From Candidatus Kaelpia imicola (GTDB lineage: Bacteria > Omnitrophota > Gorgyraeia > Kaelpiales > Kaelpiaceae): a stretch of 64,000 nucleotides of DNA. The notes under the pieces are model-generated. The model did no database searches. It was not told where the DNA came from and saw nothing but the letters and a program-made list of their open reading frames with translations. The stretch lies in NCBI GenBank assembly GCA_030765505.1, contig JAVCCL010000026.1, positions 34,679-98,678 on the forward strand. Direction: 5' to 3'. Shown here piece after piece: positions 49,905 through 59,826 of this stretch (its first letter is position 1; every line of letters starts with the position of its first letter). The translations under genes were made by a program, and so were the position numbers.

Positions 49905-50420
49905 TTGTTTATTATGAGCCCAAAGAGATATCATCTTATATTTGCTGAGATAGCCCTTATTTTAGCTCTGGTTAATACTTTACTGGTATCTATACTGAAT
50001 GGCCCCTCTTATTTAAAGTCATGCCTGAATAAGCCCAAAAATCCCGTTATCCTGCTTTTTATACCTACATTAGGTATTATTTTCGCCTTAATTGTCATAA
50101 TAGGCTGGATAAAACGACATTATTACAGGGGTTTTGAAACTAAATCTGATTTTATAAAATACGGTGCCATAAAAGGATTTCTACTGCCGATTACAACACT
50201 CTTAGGAGGAAGCGTTGTTGCCCATTCAGTCTCTATATTCTACGTGTTGAACAACAGCTTAACCCCCGGAATCTGGACTGTTATAATACGTTGGTCAGAA
50301 TTCTATCTTTATCTTCTGCCAACCGTTATCTTTTCTCCTTTATTGATTATCTTTATTGCAACCGGAGCATTAATTGAAAAAAGAGCATATCATGAAAAAA
50401 GGAGCGAGAAGAATAACTAA
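49905..50420 (+). CDS. polytopic membrane protein, unknown function
   Basis: 171 aa with four predicted TM helices. A 5' paralogous fragment lies at 24029-24184. Confidence 0.55.
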   Translation: MFIMSPKRYHLIFAEIALILALVNTLLVSILNGPSYLKSCLNKPKNPVILLFIPTLGIIFALIVIIGWIKRHYYRGFETKSDFIKYGAIKGFLLPITTLLGGSVVAHSVSIFYVLNNSLTPGIWTVIIRWSEFYLYLLPTVIFSPLLIIFIATGALIEKRAYHEKRSEKNN

Positions 50421-50587
50421 AGAGAATAAGATTGAAATCTTTAAGATTAAAATTAGGAGTAGTTGTGTTGCTGTATGTAACAACCATCTGACAGAAGGTG
50501 TAAGTCGCATTCAGGCACTTGAGAGAATACATAAAGCTCTTAAGAGAAAAAAGAGAGCAGTTTAATGCAAAAGGAGGTTAAGTTAAA

Positions 50588-50938
50588 ATGAAGATTGGGT
50601 TGTTAATAATTCTATCCCTTATAGTTGTGTTCTGCTTTTTTGCCGAAGCAGATGAATATGATCATCTTTACACAAATGGCTACCTTAACGGCAGAACATT
50701 TGATTATGAAACAGACGATTGGGAAGGAGATGAGTGGTCTTATGAGAATGACGTCTACATGTTTGGATTGATAGACGGGCTCTTCTGGACAAACTATAAT
50801 ACTATGATTAGGTTGTATCCCGAAACCTATTATCCAAACAGGGAAGATATAGCAGATAAAGCAAGACAGTACTATATCAATACTCCTTCGCGAAAAGATA
50901 GACCAATAGTAGAGTTAATGCTTAGTGGCTGTAATTGA
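50588..50938 (+). CDS. hypothetical secreted protein
   Basis: 116 aa. Signal peptide. Strong RBS (AAAGGAGG). Confidence 0.5.
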   Translation: MKIGLLIILSLIVVFCFFAEADEYDHLYTNGYLNGRTFDYETDDWEGDEWSYENDVYMFGLIDGLFWTNYNTMIRLYPETYYPNREDIADKARQYYINTPSRKDRPIVELMLSGCN

Positions 50939-51068
50939 ATAAGGTTGCTGCTTATAGTTTTAATAGTAATCTTGTCAAGATGTACTTGTTAAAGTCTTGG
51001 TGTGTGGATATTATATACTATATCTTTCCAGATAATAAATTACTTCAATAAGCAGAAAGGAGAATCTT

Positions 51069-51548
51069 ATGAAAAGAGAGTTGGTAACGTTAAAGACAAG
51101 CGAAGGAGAGATCAAAATTAAACTTATGAGTAATGCTGCGCCTAAAGCATCCGAGAACTTTCTGGGTCTTGCAAAAAAAGGTTATTATGATGGAGTCATA
51201 TTCCATAGGATTATAAAAGGCTTTATGATTCAGGGAGGAGACCCTGCAGGAACGGGAGGCGGCGGAGAGTCAATATGGGGTAAGCCTTTTGAAGACGAAG
51301 TAACTGAAGAAGTAGTATTTAACAAGCCCGGCTTAGTTGCAATGGCAAATTCCGGATCTAATACCAACGGCAGCCAGTTTTTTATAACAACCGCTCCAAC
51401 TCCCTGGCTTAATATGAACCATACTATCTTTGGTGAGGTCGTTGAAGGCTATGATGTAGTTCAAAAATTAGAAGAATCAGCTACTGATAGTCAAGATATG
51501 CCCATAGAAGAGAAAAAGATATTAGAGGTTGAAGTAAAGGCTGAGTAA
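51069..51548 (+). CDS. ppiB: peptidyl-prolyl cis-trans isomerase, cyclophilin type
   Basis: 159 aa. FHRIIKGFMIQGGDP and MANSGSNTNGSQFFIT are cyclophilin signatures. Confidence 0.9.
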   Translation: MKRELVTLKTSEGEIKIKLMSNAAPKASENFLGLAKKGYYDGVIFHRIIKGFMIQGGDPAGTGGGGESIWGKPFEDEVTEEVVFNKPGLVAMANSGSNTNGSQFFITTAPTPWLNMNHTIFGEVVEGYDVVQKLEESATDSQDMPIEEKKILEVEVKAE

Positions 51549-51569
51549 TAAAACAATACAGGGAGAGAT

Positions 51570-52019
51570 TTGAAGAAGACACATATTGTCTTAATCATAG
51601 CCATTCTGTTTAACATATCATCTTTTGCCCCAGGAGAAACTCAAAAAAGAAAAGAGATAATAGGGGGGATGTGTGAATACAGGCTATACTCCGGAAAAAT
51701 TAGAGTCTTAGATATCAAAAAGACTGAACGTTCAAAATTACAGGCCAGAATGTACGGCGGGCCAGAATATGAAGGTTATGAGATAAACTACAATTTTATT
51801 TCTGATGAGACGATAGAGGAAGGGTTTGCAAGGGAGTGGATAGAAAGAGAGCAGATTTTCAGATTCTTCAACTCCTGGCTTCCATCAGAGAAATATATAG
51901 TGACTCACGATATAGAGGTAGGAAGAATCTATCCTGCAGAGATGATGGTGATACAGAAAGGCACCTGTACGCCGGTTCTTGTTGAAATAGAGGGCTGGGA
52001 GAGAAATATAAGCTACTGA
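51570..52019 (+). CDS. hypothetical secreted protein
   Basis: 149 aa with a signal peptide. Confidence 0.5.
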   Translation: MKKTHIVLIIAILFNISSFAPGETQKRKEIIGGMCEYRLYSGKIRVLDIKKTERSKLQARMYGGPEYEGYEINYNFISDETIEEGFAREWIEREQIFRFFNSWLPSEKYIVTHDIEVGRIYPAEMMVIQKGTCTPVLVEIEGWERNISY

Positions 52020-52225
52020 AAATACTCTTTAGATTGGCCATTCGAATTAATCCTATTTAAAAAACATATATACAAACGGTGTATTTATCTTTTACAGTAA
52101 GATTCTTATTTCCAATACTTTAGAACACATCTCTACCATTAATTTCTAATACAATTTGCAACATTATTTAACATATGATATATTTAGTTAAAGGGGTTTT
52201 GAACTATACACAATGAAGACCAAAT

Positions 52226-53092
52226 ATGAATAAGGTAAATATTGCAATTACAACAATGCTGATTTTTCTGCTTCTAAGCTGCACTGCCAATGCCAGACGA
52301 ATCAAAACACCCTTATCGCTACCTTTAGCTGCATTCTTTCAATCAGATAATTTTATTCTAGAGCAGTGGGATAATCTTGACCAAGGCATTAGCTTTGAAG
52401 TAGGGGGTGATTACAGCATAATCTCTGCCGAAATAAAAAGAGTTGGCAGCTGGATAATATTCAATATTGTAGGATTATCTGCAGAGGAACTAACATTTGA
52501 GATTCAGGATTTTATAGCTGAAAACTTAGAGAGCTCTCTTCTTGAACGCCAAACCTCTGTCGTGGTTATTCCTACTGTAACAAGTAGAAACCTGCTAATG
52601 GAAGATAGAGCCAGCATATTCAGTTTATCGCTTAAAGAGCTGAGTATGATTATTAATGACCTCAATAACGAGGGGGATGGTTCAGGATTTCTCCTGCTTA
52701 AGCCGGAGAAGAGGAATGTTTTACATGATTTAGCAATATTCTTAGATGAAGAGTTAACATTGATCAGCAACAGAAGTGAAAGAGAAGAGATATTGAGCGC
52801 CCTTTCCAGCAGTAAAGAAAATTTGCTTGGAATCTTAAAGGAGATGTATGATAGATATCAGGACGTAGACCTATCTTCTGAATATATATCAGTTGGCCAT
52901 ATAGCTATGCCTAATGAGAGAATAGACAGAAAGATCGAATGTATAAGAGAAGCTATATATCTACTAAAGACAGATATCTCAAATCTAATCTATAGAATAT
53001 TCTATTTTAGATATATGCAGCGGAGATTCAGAATAACAGATTCAGGAACTATAATTTGGAATGGCCAGACATCCTCAGGCAGTTTAAATTAG
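52226..53092 (+). CDS. hypothetical secreted protein
   Basis: 288 aa. Signal peptide with a lipobox-like LLLSC. Confidence 0.5.
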   Translation: MNKVNIAITTMLIFLLLSCTANARRIKTPLSLPLAAFFQSDNFILEQWDNLDQGISFEVGGDYSIISAEIKRVGSWIIFNIVGLSAEELTFEIQDFIAENLESSLLERQTSVVVIPTVTSRNLLMEDRASIFSLSLKELSMIINDLNNEGDGSGFLLLKPEKRNVLHDLAIFLDEELTLISNRSEREEILSALSSSKENLLGILKEMYDRYQDVDLSSEYISVGHIAMPNERIDRKIECIREAIYLLKTDISNLIYRIFYFRYMQRRFRITDSGTIIWNGQTSSGSLN

Positions 53093-53227
53093 AATCTCCC
53101 CATTTTCTTTTAAAGTTAAACCCACCTTAAAACAGAGCTATACTTATAGACTTTTTGCTTTAAATTGAAAATGATAATCAATAGTGTTATAATCCAAAAA
53201 ATGATAAACTAAAAAAGAGAGGTAAAT

Positions 53228-53722
53228 ATGGCTAATTTTTCTTTTGATGTTGTTTCTGAGGTTGATCTTCAAGAAGCAGATAATGCAATAAATCAGGCCA
53301 AAAAAGAATTATTCAGGCGTTACGATTTTAAAAACAGTAAATCTTCTATCGAATTTGATCGCAAAGAGAAAAAGATAACCTTAACAGCAGATGATGACTA
53401 TAAATTACGTGCTCTTAAAGATATTCTCTCAGCAGGTATGGCTAATAGGAAGATATCTATTAAATCTCTTAAATTTAACGACTCTGAGAAAGCATCTGGA
53501 ATGAGTCTTCGTCAAACAGTAGATATCTGTACAGGTATCGAGAAGGAAAAAGCGAAAGAACTTGTTGTCGGAATAAAGAAGCTGAAATTAAAAGTGCAGA
53601 CTCAGATAGAAGGAGAGAAGCTGAGAGTTAGCTCTCCCAAAAAAGATGATTTACAGGCGGTCATTGAGTATCTTAAGAATTTAGATTTCTCCCTACCTCT
53701 TAGTTTCTGTAATTATCGTTAA
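53228..53722 (+). CDS. yajQ: YajQ family nucleotide (c-di-GMP)-binding protein
   Basis: 164 aa. MANFSFDVVSEVDLQEADNAINQAKKEL...RYDFK is the UPF0234/YajQ signature. Confidence 0.85.
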   Translation: MANFSFDVVSEVDLQEADNAINQAKKELFRRYDFKNSKSSIEFDRKEKKITLTADDDYKLRALKDILSAGMANRKISIKSLKFNDSEKASGMSLRQTVDICTGIEKEKAKELVVGIKKLKLKVQTQIEGEKLRVSSPKKDDLQAVIEYLKNLDFSLPLSFCNYR

Positions 53723-53945
53723 GGTAGCATTTATGCTGTCAAGCAAAAGAAATATAGACCACACCCGTAGTATGCAACAACTGTAAAATCACCATATATT
53801 CAAGTATCACCTCTCGCTTGACAAGTATAACTTCATAGTAGTAAACTATTTACACCATGCGGCAAGGTAGTTACAGTGTAAAATCTGGATAAAATAAATA
53901 AAAGCAGCCCAAGAAGGGTTATTTTTATCTTAAAGGAGGTGAAAC

Positions 53946-54194
53946 ATGGCAAAATTAAACGCAAAAGCTCTCGGCCTCAGCTTAGGTATTATTTGGGCGG
54001 TTGCTGCATTTATTATGGGAATTCTTGCAATGACCTTCGGATATGGAGGAATTTTTGTCAAAGCATTAGGCTCTCTTTATATAGGCTATGAAGCAACATT
54101 AAAGGGGAGTATAATCGGTGCTATCTGGGGCTTTATTGATGCTGGAATTTGTGGAATTATTATAGCCTGGCTGTACAATAAGCTGGCAAAGTAA
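53946..54194 (+). CDS. small membrane protein (two TM helices)
   Basis: 82 aa. Glycine-rich hydrophobic helices. Strong RBS (AAAGGAGGTG). Confidence 0.5.
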   Translation: MAKLNAKALGLSLGIIWAVAAFIMGILAMTFGYGGIFVKALGSLYIGYEATLKGSIIGAIWGFIDAGICGIIIAWLYNKLAK

Positions 54195-54512
54195 AACAGA
54201 GAGCAATATAAAAAAAGGAAGTAAACATGGAAACCTCATCCTGTTGTTTGTTTTTTCTCTACTGCATAGTATAATTACGGAAAGATTACTAGAATAGTTT
54301 TAAAAAATAATTTTAAATGTTTTATTTTCTATTAAGAATAGTACTCATTTATCTCTTTTTTCGTTTCATCTTTAAGGTTATCTTCTTCTTTGTCAATCTT
54401 AATAAAGACAGGTCTGGCATTTATCAAAAAAAGAGAGATGATAGATTCAACGATAAGAATATAGTAGACGTCGAATCCAAAGAGATGGAATAAGAAAAAG
54501 AGAGATGAAAAG

Positions 54513-54848
54513 ATGAACATACTGGTTAGAAATCTATCACGGGATACAAACGAAGTAGAACTTAAAAAACTATTTTCACCGTTTGGTAAGATAGCATCAT
54601 TCAATATAGTAGTCGACGGAGCAACAGGGGAATCCAAAGGGTTTGGATTCGTCGATATGCCTAATAAAGAAGAAGCAGTTGCAGCCATAAAACAGTTGGA
54701 CGGTGAAACTCTTAAAGGTGAAAAGATAAGGGTTAAGACGACTAAGAGAATCAATACCGCTACTAAAAATAAGATGATAAGGCGTTATAAGAATTACAAA
54801 TTAAATAGTAGCTCAGGGAGCTCAAAGCAGGCAAAGAGACTCAGGTAG
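54513..54848 (+). CDS. RRM-domain RNA-binding protein
   Basis: 111 aa. RNP2-like ILVRNL and RNP1-like KGFGFVDM, followed by a basic tail. Confidence 0.8.
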   Translation: MNILVRNLSRDTNEVELKKLFSPFGKIASFNIVVDGATGESKGFGFVDMPNKEEAVAAIKQLDGETLKGEKIRVKTTKRINTATKNKMIRRYKNYKLNSSSGSSKQAKRLR

Positions 54849-54859
54849 TACATTTTCCT

Positions 54860-56251
54860 ATGAAGTCTAATAAAAAAATAGCACTACAGACAGATACCCA
54901 AATCCCGCCTGATTTTGATTACAATAGAGAATTTAAAAAAGCTTTCAGCCTGATGGAAAACAGCGATAAGAATATTTTTGTAACAGGTAAAGCCGGTACC
55001 GGGAAATCTACACTCTTAGAATATTTTAGAATAAATACCGATAAGAGAATCGTTGTATTAGCGCCAACAGGGGTAGCGGCTATTAAAATTAGAGGTCAGA
55101 CAATACACTCTTTCTTCAGATTTCCGCCGCGGCTAATTCAAAAGCAGCATATTAAGAAGCTGCGTAACAAGAATCTAATAAAGAATATAGACGTAATAGT
55201 GATAGATGAAGCATCAATGCTGCGAGCCGACCTATTGGACGCTATTGACTACTCCTTAAGATTAAATAGAGCTAATGATATACCTTTTGGCGGCGTTCAA
55301 TTGATAATCTTCGGAGACCTCTTTCAACTACCGCCGGTGGTTGAATCTGAGGCCAAAGATCTAATGACCGATATCTATAAGAGTCCCTATTTTTTCAGTG
55401 CAAAAGTATTTAAAGAGATCGATTTAGAATACATTGAGCTAAAAAAAATCTATAGACAGAGAGATAATGATTTTATAGAGCTGCTCAACAGAATACGGGT
55501 AAAGAAGGCCACAAAGGGAGATCTTGATTTTCTAAACAGACGCTTAGATTACAACATAAAAAATAATTCTACTGGTATAGTCACCCTGACAACCACGAAT
55601 AACCAGGCAAAAAATATCAATATCAGCTACTTAAATGAAATTAACTATAGAGAATATCAATACGACGCAGAGATAAGTTCTAAATTCAAGGAATCATCTT
55701 ACCCTGTAGAGGCCAAACTGAGGTTAAAAAAAGGAGCTCAGGTGATGCTGGTTAGAAATGACTCTCTTAAAAGATGGGTCAACGGAACGATTGCTGAAAT
55801 AGTAGGCTTAACTCAATCAGATATAAAAGTAGCTATAGATGGAGAGATACATAAAGTTCATAGAGTATCATGGGAAAAGATAGAGTACAGCTACAACTCT
55901 TTAGATGACAAAATAGAAGAGGAGATTGTGGGTTCATTTGAACAATACCCGATCAAATTAGCCTGGGCTATAACGATTCATAAAAGCCAGGGCCAAACAT
56001 TTAATGACGTTATTATAGATATGGGCTTCGGTGCTTTTACACACGGACAGACCTACGTAGCGCTTAGCCGCTGCAGGACCCTAGAGGGAATACTGCTTAA
56101 GAGCCCCATAACTCATAGTGATATTATCTTTGATGACAGAGTCTATCAATTCCAAAAATCGTTTAAAAATGAAAAAGGAGAACTAAAAAAATATGCCGAA
56201 CCAGAAAAGAAGAAAAGATGTAAGAAATCTTGCGATTATAGCGCACGTTGA
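54860..56251 (+). CDS. Pif1/RecD-like AAA+ DNA helicase
   Basis: 463 aa. Walker A GKAGTGKST, Walker B VIVIDEASML, and the C-terminal WAITIHKSQGQTF...VALSRC motif of the Pif1/RecD/TraA family. Confidence 0.75.
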   Translation: MKSNKKIALQTDTQIPPDFDYNREFKKAFSLMENSDKNIFVTGKAGTGKSTLLEYFRINTDKRIVVLAPTGVAAIKIRGQTIHSFFRFPPRLIQKQHIKKLRNKNLIKNIDVIVIDEASMLRADLLDAIDYSLRLNRANDIPFGGVQLIIFGDLFQLPPVVESEAKDLMTDIYKSPYFFSAKVFKEIDLEYIELKKIYRQRDNDFIELLNRIRVKKATKGDLDFLNRRLDYNIKNNSTGIVTLTTTNNQAKNINISYLNEINYREYQYDAEISSKFKESSYPVEAKLRLKKGAQVMLVRNDSLKRWVNGTIAEIVGLTQSDIKVAIDGEIHKVHRVSWEKIEYSYNSLDDKIEEEIVGSFEQYPIKLAWAITIHKSQGQTFNDVIIDMGFGAFTHGQTYVALSRCRTLEGILLKSPITHSDIIFDDRVYQFQKSFKNEKGELKKYAEPEKKKRCKKSCDYSAR

Positions 56252-58028
56252 CCACGGGAAGACTACCTTAATAGATGCACTTCTCAAATATACGGGCGCC
56301 TATGATTTTAAAGAGGGTGAGGTTGCTGTAATGGACTCAAATCCTCTTGAGAAAGAGAGAGGTATTACCATTTTCTCTAAAAACGCTTCCCTGCAATATA
56401 AAGGGGTACAATTCAACATTGTCGATACACCCGGGCATGCTGATTTCGGCAGTGAGGTCGAGCGTATTCTTAAGATGGTTGACGGCGTGCTTCTTCTTGT
56501 TGACGCTTTTGAAGGACCTATGCCGCAGACTAAATTTGTTTTGAAGAAGTCACTCCAGCTGCATTTAAAACCAATACTTGTGATAAATAAGCTTGATCGT
56601 CTCCATGCCCGTCCGGATGAAGTAGCAGATATGACATTTGATCTTTTCTGTGAGCTGAACGCAACTGACGAACAGCTTGATTTTCCGGTTATTTATGCCT
56701 CAGGTAAGGATGGTTACGCGACTCTTGATCTTAATGAGCCCAGAGACTCTATGAAGCCTCTCCTGGAGACTATCCTGCATAGAGTACTACCGCCGATAGC
56801 TAACCCTGATCTGCCTTTTCAGATGCTGGTTACAATGCTTGATTATGACTCTTATGTTGGACGAATTGCTATCGGGCGGGTTTTTCACGGGTCTATCTCT
56901 GTCGGGGATCCTATGGCGCTTGTGAAACGTGATGAAACTATTACAAAAGGTAAAGCAACTAAGATTATGAAGTATCGCGGCCTAAACCGTATTGAGGCCG
57001 ATAAGGCTGCAGCAGGAGATATTATATCTATTTCCGGGATAGAGGATGTAGAGGTTGGAGAGACACTCGCGTCTATTGATAAGCCGAAAGGATTGCCTAC
57101 CATCAAGATAGATGAACCTACAATCTCTATGAATTTTTCTCATAATACAAGCCCTCTCGCGGGTAAGGATGGAGGTAGATTCCTAACATCACGGCATATA
57201 CGGGAGCGTCTTGAGCATGAGGCTATGATTAATGTCGGCATCAACGTCGAAGAGGTTGCGGGAACTGAGCGGTTGAAGGTTTCATGCCGCGGTGAACTGC
57301 ATCTTGCTATTCTTATTGAAACAATGCGCCGTGAAGGGTATGAGATGGAAGTCTCAAGACCCCAGGTTATTTTGAAGAAGATGGGCGGTCAGACGCTTGA
57401 ACCTGTTGAAGAGGTAATAATCGAGGTAGAAGATGAGTATCAGGGTGTTATTATGCAGGCGCTTGGAGTTCGCAAAGCTCAAATACGCAACCTAAAGACA
57501 ACATCAACAGGTGCTATCCGTATGGAATTTGTTATTGCCTCAAGAGCGTTAATTGGGTTTAGAAGCGGGTTTCTTATGATGACCCGAGGCAATGGTATCA
57601 TGTACCAAAATTTTCTTGAATATCAAACCTATAAAGGAGAACTGCCCAGCCGTCAAAGCGGCGTTCTCATTTCACACGGATACGGCGATGCAGTGGCATA
57701 TGCGCTTTATAATTTACAGGCACGCGGGGAGATCCTTGTTAAACCAGGAGAGAAACTATATCAGGGGATGATCGTCGGCGTAAACAACAAAGGAGCCGAT
57801 ATTGTTGTAAACGTTTTACGTGGAAAAAAATTAACCAATATGCGTGCCTCAGGAAAGGATGACGCAATTGTACTTATACCTCCGCGTCAAATTACTATTG
57901 AGTTTGCTCTTGAGTTTATTGAGGACGATGAGTTGGTTGAGATAACCCCCAAACATATAAGGCTCAGGAAATTGCTTTTAACGGAAGTAGATCGCAAACG
58001 GATAAACCGTAGTGCAGAACAAAAATAA
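56193..58028 (+). CDS. typA: translational GTPase TypA/BipA
   Basis: 611 aa. RNLAIIAHVDHGKTTL, DTPGHADF, NKLD G-motifs and the BipA C-terminal domain. The start overlaps the upstream gene by ~59 nt. Confidence 0.95.
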   Translation: MPNQKRRKDVRNLAIIAHVDHGKTTLIDALLKYTGAYDFKEGEVAVMDSNPLEKERGITIFSKNASLQYKGVQFNIVDTPGHADFGSEVERILKMVDGVLLLVDAFEGPMPQTKFVLKKSLQLHLKPILVINKLDRLHARPDEVADMTFDLFCELNATDEQLDFPVIYASGKDGYATLDLNEPRDSMKPLLETILHRVLPPIANPDLPFQMLVTMLDYDSYVGRIAIGRVFHGSISVGDPMALVKRDETITKGKATKIMKYRGLNRIEADKAAAGDIISISGIEDVEVGETLASIDKPKGLPTIKIDEPTISMNFSHNTSPLAGKDGGRFLTSRHIRERLEHEAMINVGINVEEVAGTERLKVSCRGELHLAILIETMRREGYEMEVSRPQVILKKMGGQTLEPVEEVIIEVEDEYQGVIMQALGVRKAQIRNLKTTSTGAIRMEFVIASRALIGFRSGFLMMTRGNGIMYQNFLEYQTYKGELPSRQSGVLISHGYGDAVAYALYNLQARGEILVKPGEKLYQGMIVGVNNKGADIVVNVLRGKKLTNMRASGKDDAIVLIPPRQITIEFALEFIEDDELVEITPKHIRLRKLLLTEVDRKRINRSAEQK

Positions 58029-58062
58029 TATTACATTAAAGGTATTGTAAGGTTGGCATTAA

Positions 58063-59826
58063 ATGATAAATTGTAGAAAACTATTACTTCTGAATGTTTT
58101 ATTTATTTTAGTGCTGGCCGTCTTTATAAATTCAAATAACCTTCTGTTTGTATTTATTAAATTTTTATACATTTTATTTTTGCCCGGGGGACTATTACTC
58201 TGTTTTACCAGAAAAGAGGAGGAGACATTTCTAGCGTTTATCTTTAAAGCTTTTTCGGTTAACCTAATTTATCTTATAATTTTTACAGCGTTGATAAAAT
58301 TTGTCTATCCCCCTTTAATGCTCAGTAAACTCTATCTGATAAACATAATTTGTTCCGTGGCTTTTCTATTTTTCCTTCCGAAAATCCGTCTCAGGGTTAT
58401 TCGTATATCAAAATCAGATATAAAAATACTTATTGTAAGTACCTTTTTTCTGTTTTTATTCATATTCTTGTTTAAGAATTACTTATTTTCCAGATTGGAA
58501 GATATGGGTTCTGTGGTTTACAGCAACTATACATATCATTTTGAAGAAGATAAAATTCAACCGCAGTCCCGCACGTTTGGAAGCGTCTGGAAGAAAAAAG
58601 ATCAGACATATTTTCTCGAGAGTAGAAAAACAGGAAAGATTTATTTTCAAAGTCCGCAACAAGAAAGGTCTATCTGTATCACTTTGGCAATAAAAGGTAA
58701 TGTTGGCAGCAGCGTTGCTCTTAGATGGAATGGGGAACCTTTGGGCGATTTTGTTGTCAAACCATTTAAGTACGAGGGGGGTGCACCTTTTTTGAAAAAT
58801 TATGTTAAATTTGCTAAACGCGGTGTTATCTTCTTTGAGTATACACTAGAGAATATGAGTAAAATAAATGTTTTAGAAATTAACTCTACGCAGAGCGATA
58901 TTTATTGTGAAGCAAGCAGTGAAAAAAAACTTTCCTCTGCTTCAAAATTCCTCTCTGCATATACACTATTTGATTTAATGGAGGTTTATACTTTTAGCAA
59001 GGAATATTTAGAAAGAAACCGAACTGCAGCAGCACAGCCCTTTTTGCATTACTACATAGGAAGCATCGGTTTTCTTTTTTTTGGGATGTCTTATAAAACA
59101 CTAGTATTTATATTTTTAGGTGAATTATTTCTTATCTTTTTGGCAATACAGTCGTTGATAAAGCGAGAGAAAGCATCATTTTTCATAGGTCTTGTTTGTT
59201 TGACGCTTCTCTTTCTATATCTTAAAGATTATGTTTATACATGGACTTTTATTTTATTAGACCCTATATACGTTTTAAATTTTCTTCTGTTTATATATTT
59301 TTTATTAAAAAGAGAGTTCTTTTGGTGCGGGGTATATCTGTTTTTAATGTCATTAGTAAGGTTTCCCGGGTATTTCCTGGGGGCAGGATATTTATTTCTC
59401 TATTCAATATTTTTTGTAAAACGCAACATTGAACAGAGAAAGATTATAAACAGAATCTTTGCTTATACTTTTGTCGGAGCAGTTTTCTTCAACGTTATTT
59501 ATCCATCCATAATACACGGATTTTCAAATTGGTTCAATGTTCTGTATTTTGAAAATATCGGGGAAGAGCACTATAGTAAAGACTATGTATTTTCATTTGA
59601 TAATTTTTTTAATTTCTTTAAAAACATTTTCTGCTATACGTTTTTTACGCCATTTTTAATATTATTTCGAAGAGACAAGCTCGCATCTTTTTTGATTTTA
59701 AGTATAATTCCCTACAGCTTGATTTTGGCAACAGTTGAAAACGCTCAGCTTTATTATATGTTTCCAATAGTATCTATCTGGTTAATCGGAGGAATGAAAA
59801 TCTTAAATCCCGAAAAAAGGAAATGA
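58063..59826 (+). CDS. large polytopic membrane protein (possible GT-C-like glycosyltransferase or glycan polymerase)
   Basis: 587 aa. About 5 N-terminal and 8 C-terminal TM helices flank a ~150-aa soluble region. There is a 4-nt overlap with the downstream B12-rSAM gene. Confidence 0.5.
   Translation: MINCRKLLLLNVLFILVLAVFINSNNLLFVFIKFLYILFLPGGLLLCFTRKEEETFLAFIFKAFSVNLIYLIIFTALIKFVYPPLMLSKLYLINIICSVAFLFFLPKIRLRVIRISKSDIKILIVSTFFLFLFIFLFKNYLFSRLEDMGSVVYSNYTYHFEEDKIQPQSRTFGSVWKKKDQTYFLESRKTGKIYFQSPQQERSICITLAIKGNVGSSVALRWNGEPLGDFVVKPFKYEGGAPFLKNYVKFAKRGVIFFEYTLENMSKINVLEINSTQSDIYCEASSEKKLSSASKFLSAYTLFDLMEVYTFSKEYLERNRTAAAQPFLHYYIGSIGFLFFGMSYKTLVFIFLGELFLIFLAIQSLIKREKASFFIGLVCLTLLFLYLKDYVYTWTFILLDPIYVLNFLLFIYFLLKREFFWCGVYLFLMSLVRFPGYFLGAGYLFLYSIFFVKRNIEQRKIINRIFAYTFVGAVFFNVIYPSIIHGFSNWFNVLYFENIGEEHYSKDYVFSFDNFFNFFKNIFCYTFFTPFLILFRRDKLASFLILSIIPYSLILATVENAQLYYMFPIVSIWLIGGMKILNPEKRK

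Noticed and set aside
50374-50565. 63-aa Lys/Arg-rich ORF (TTG start; internal ATG at 50392) overlapping the 3' end of the 49905 gene
   Set aside because: There is no convincing RBS. It overlaps the upstream CDS by ~47 nt. The basic composition is expected from an AT-rich alternate frame. It cannot be excluded as a small basic protein, but the evidence is insufficient.
50969-50981. Perfect 13-nt palindrome ATCTTGTCAAGAT ~90 nt upstream of ppiB
   Set aside because: It is too short to distinguish from chance in AT-rich intergenic DNA. It could be an operator or part of a -35 element, but there is no second copy or supporting context.
54332-54754. 140-aa minus-strand ORF overlapping the RRM gene and its leader
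   Set aside because: It is antisense to a well-supported RRM CDS. It has low-complexity composition (FLFHLFGF..., SSLFFLF) and no RBS, which is typical of a shadow ORF in AT-rich DNA.
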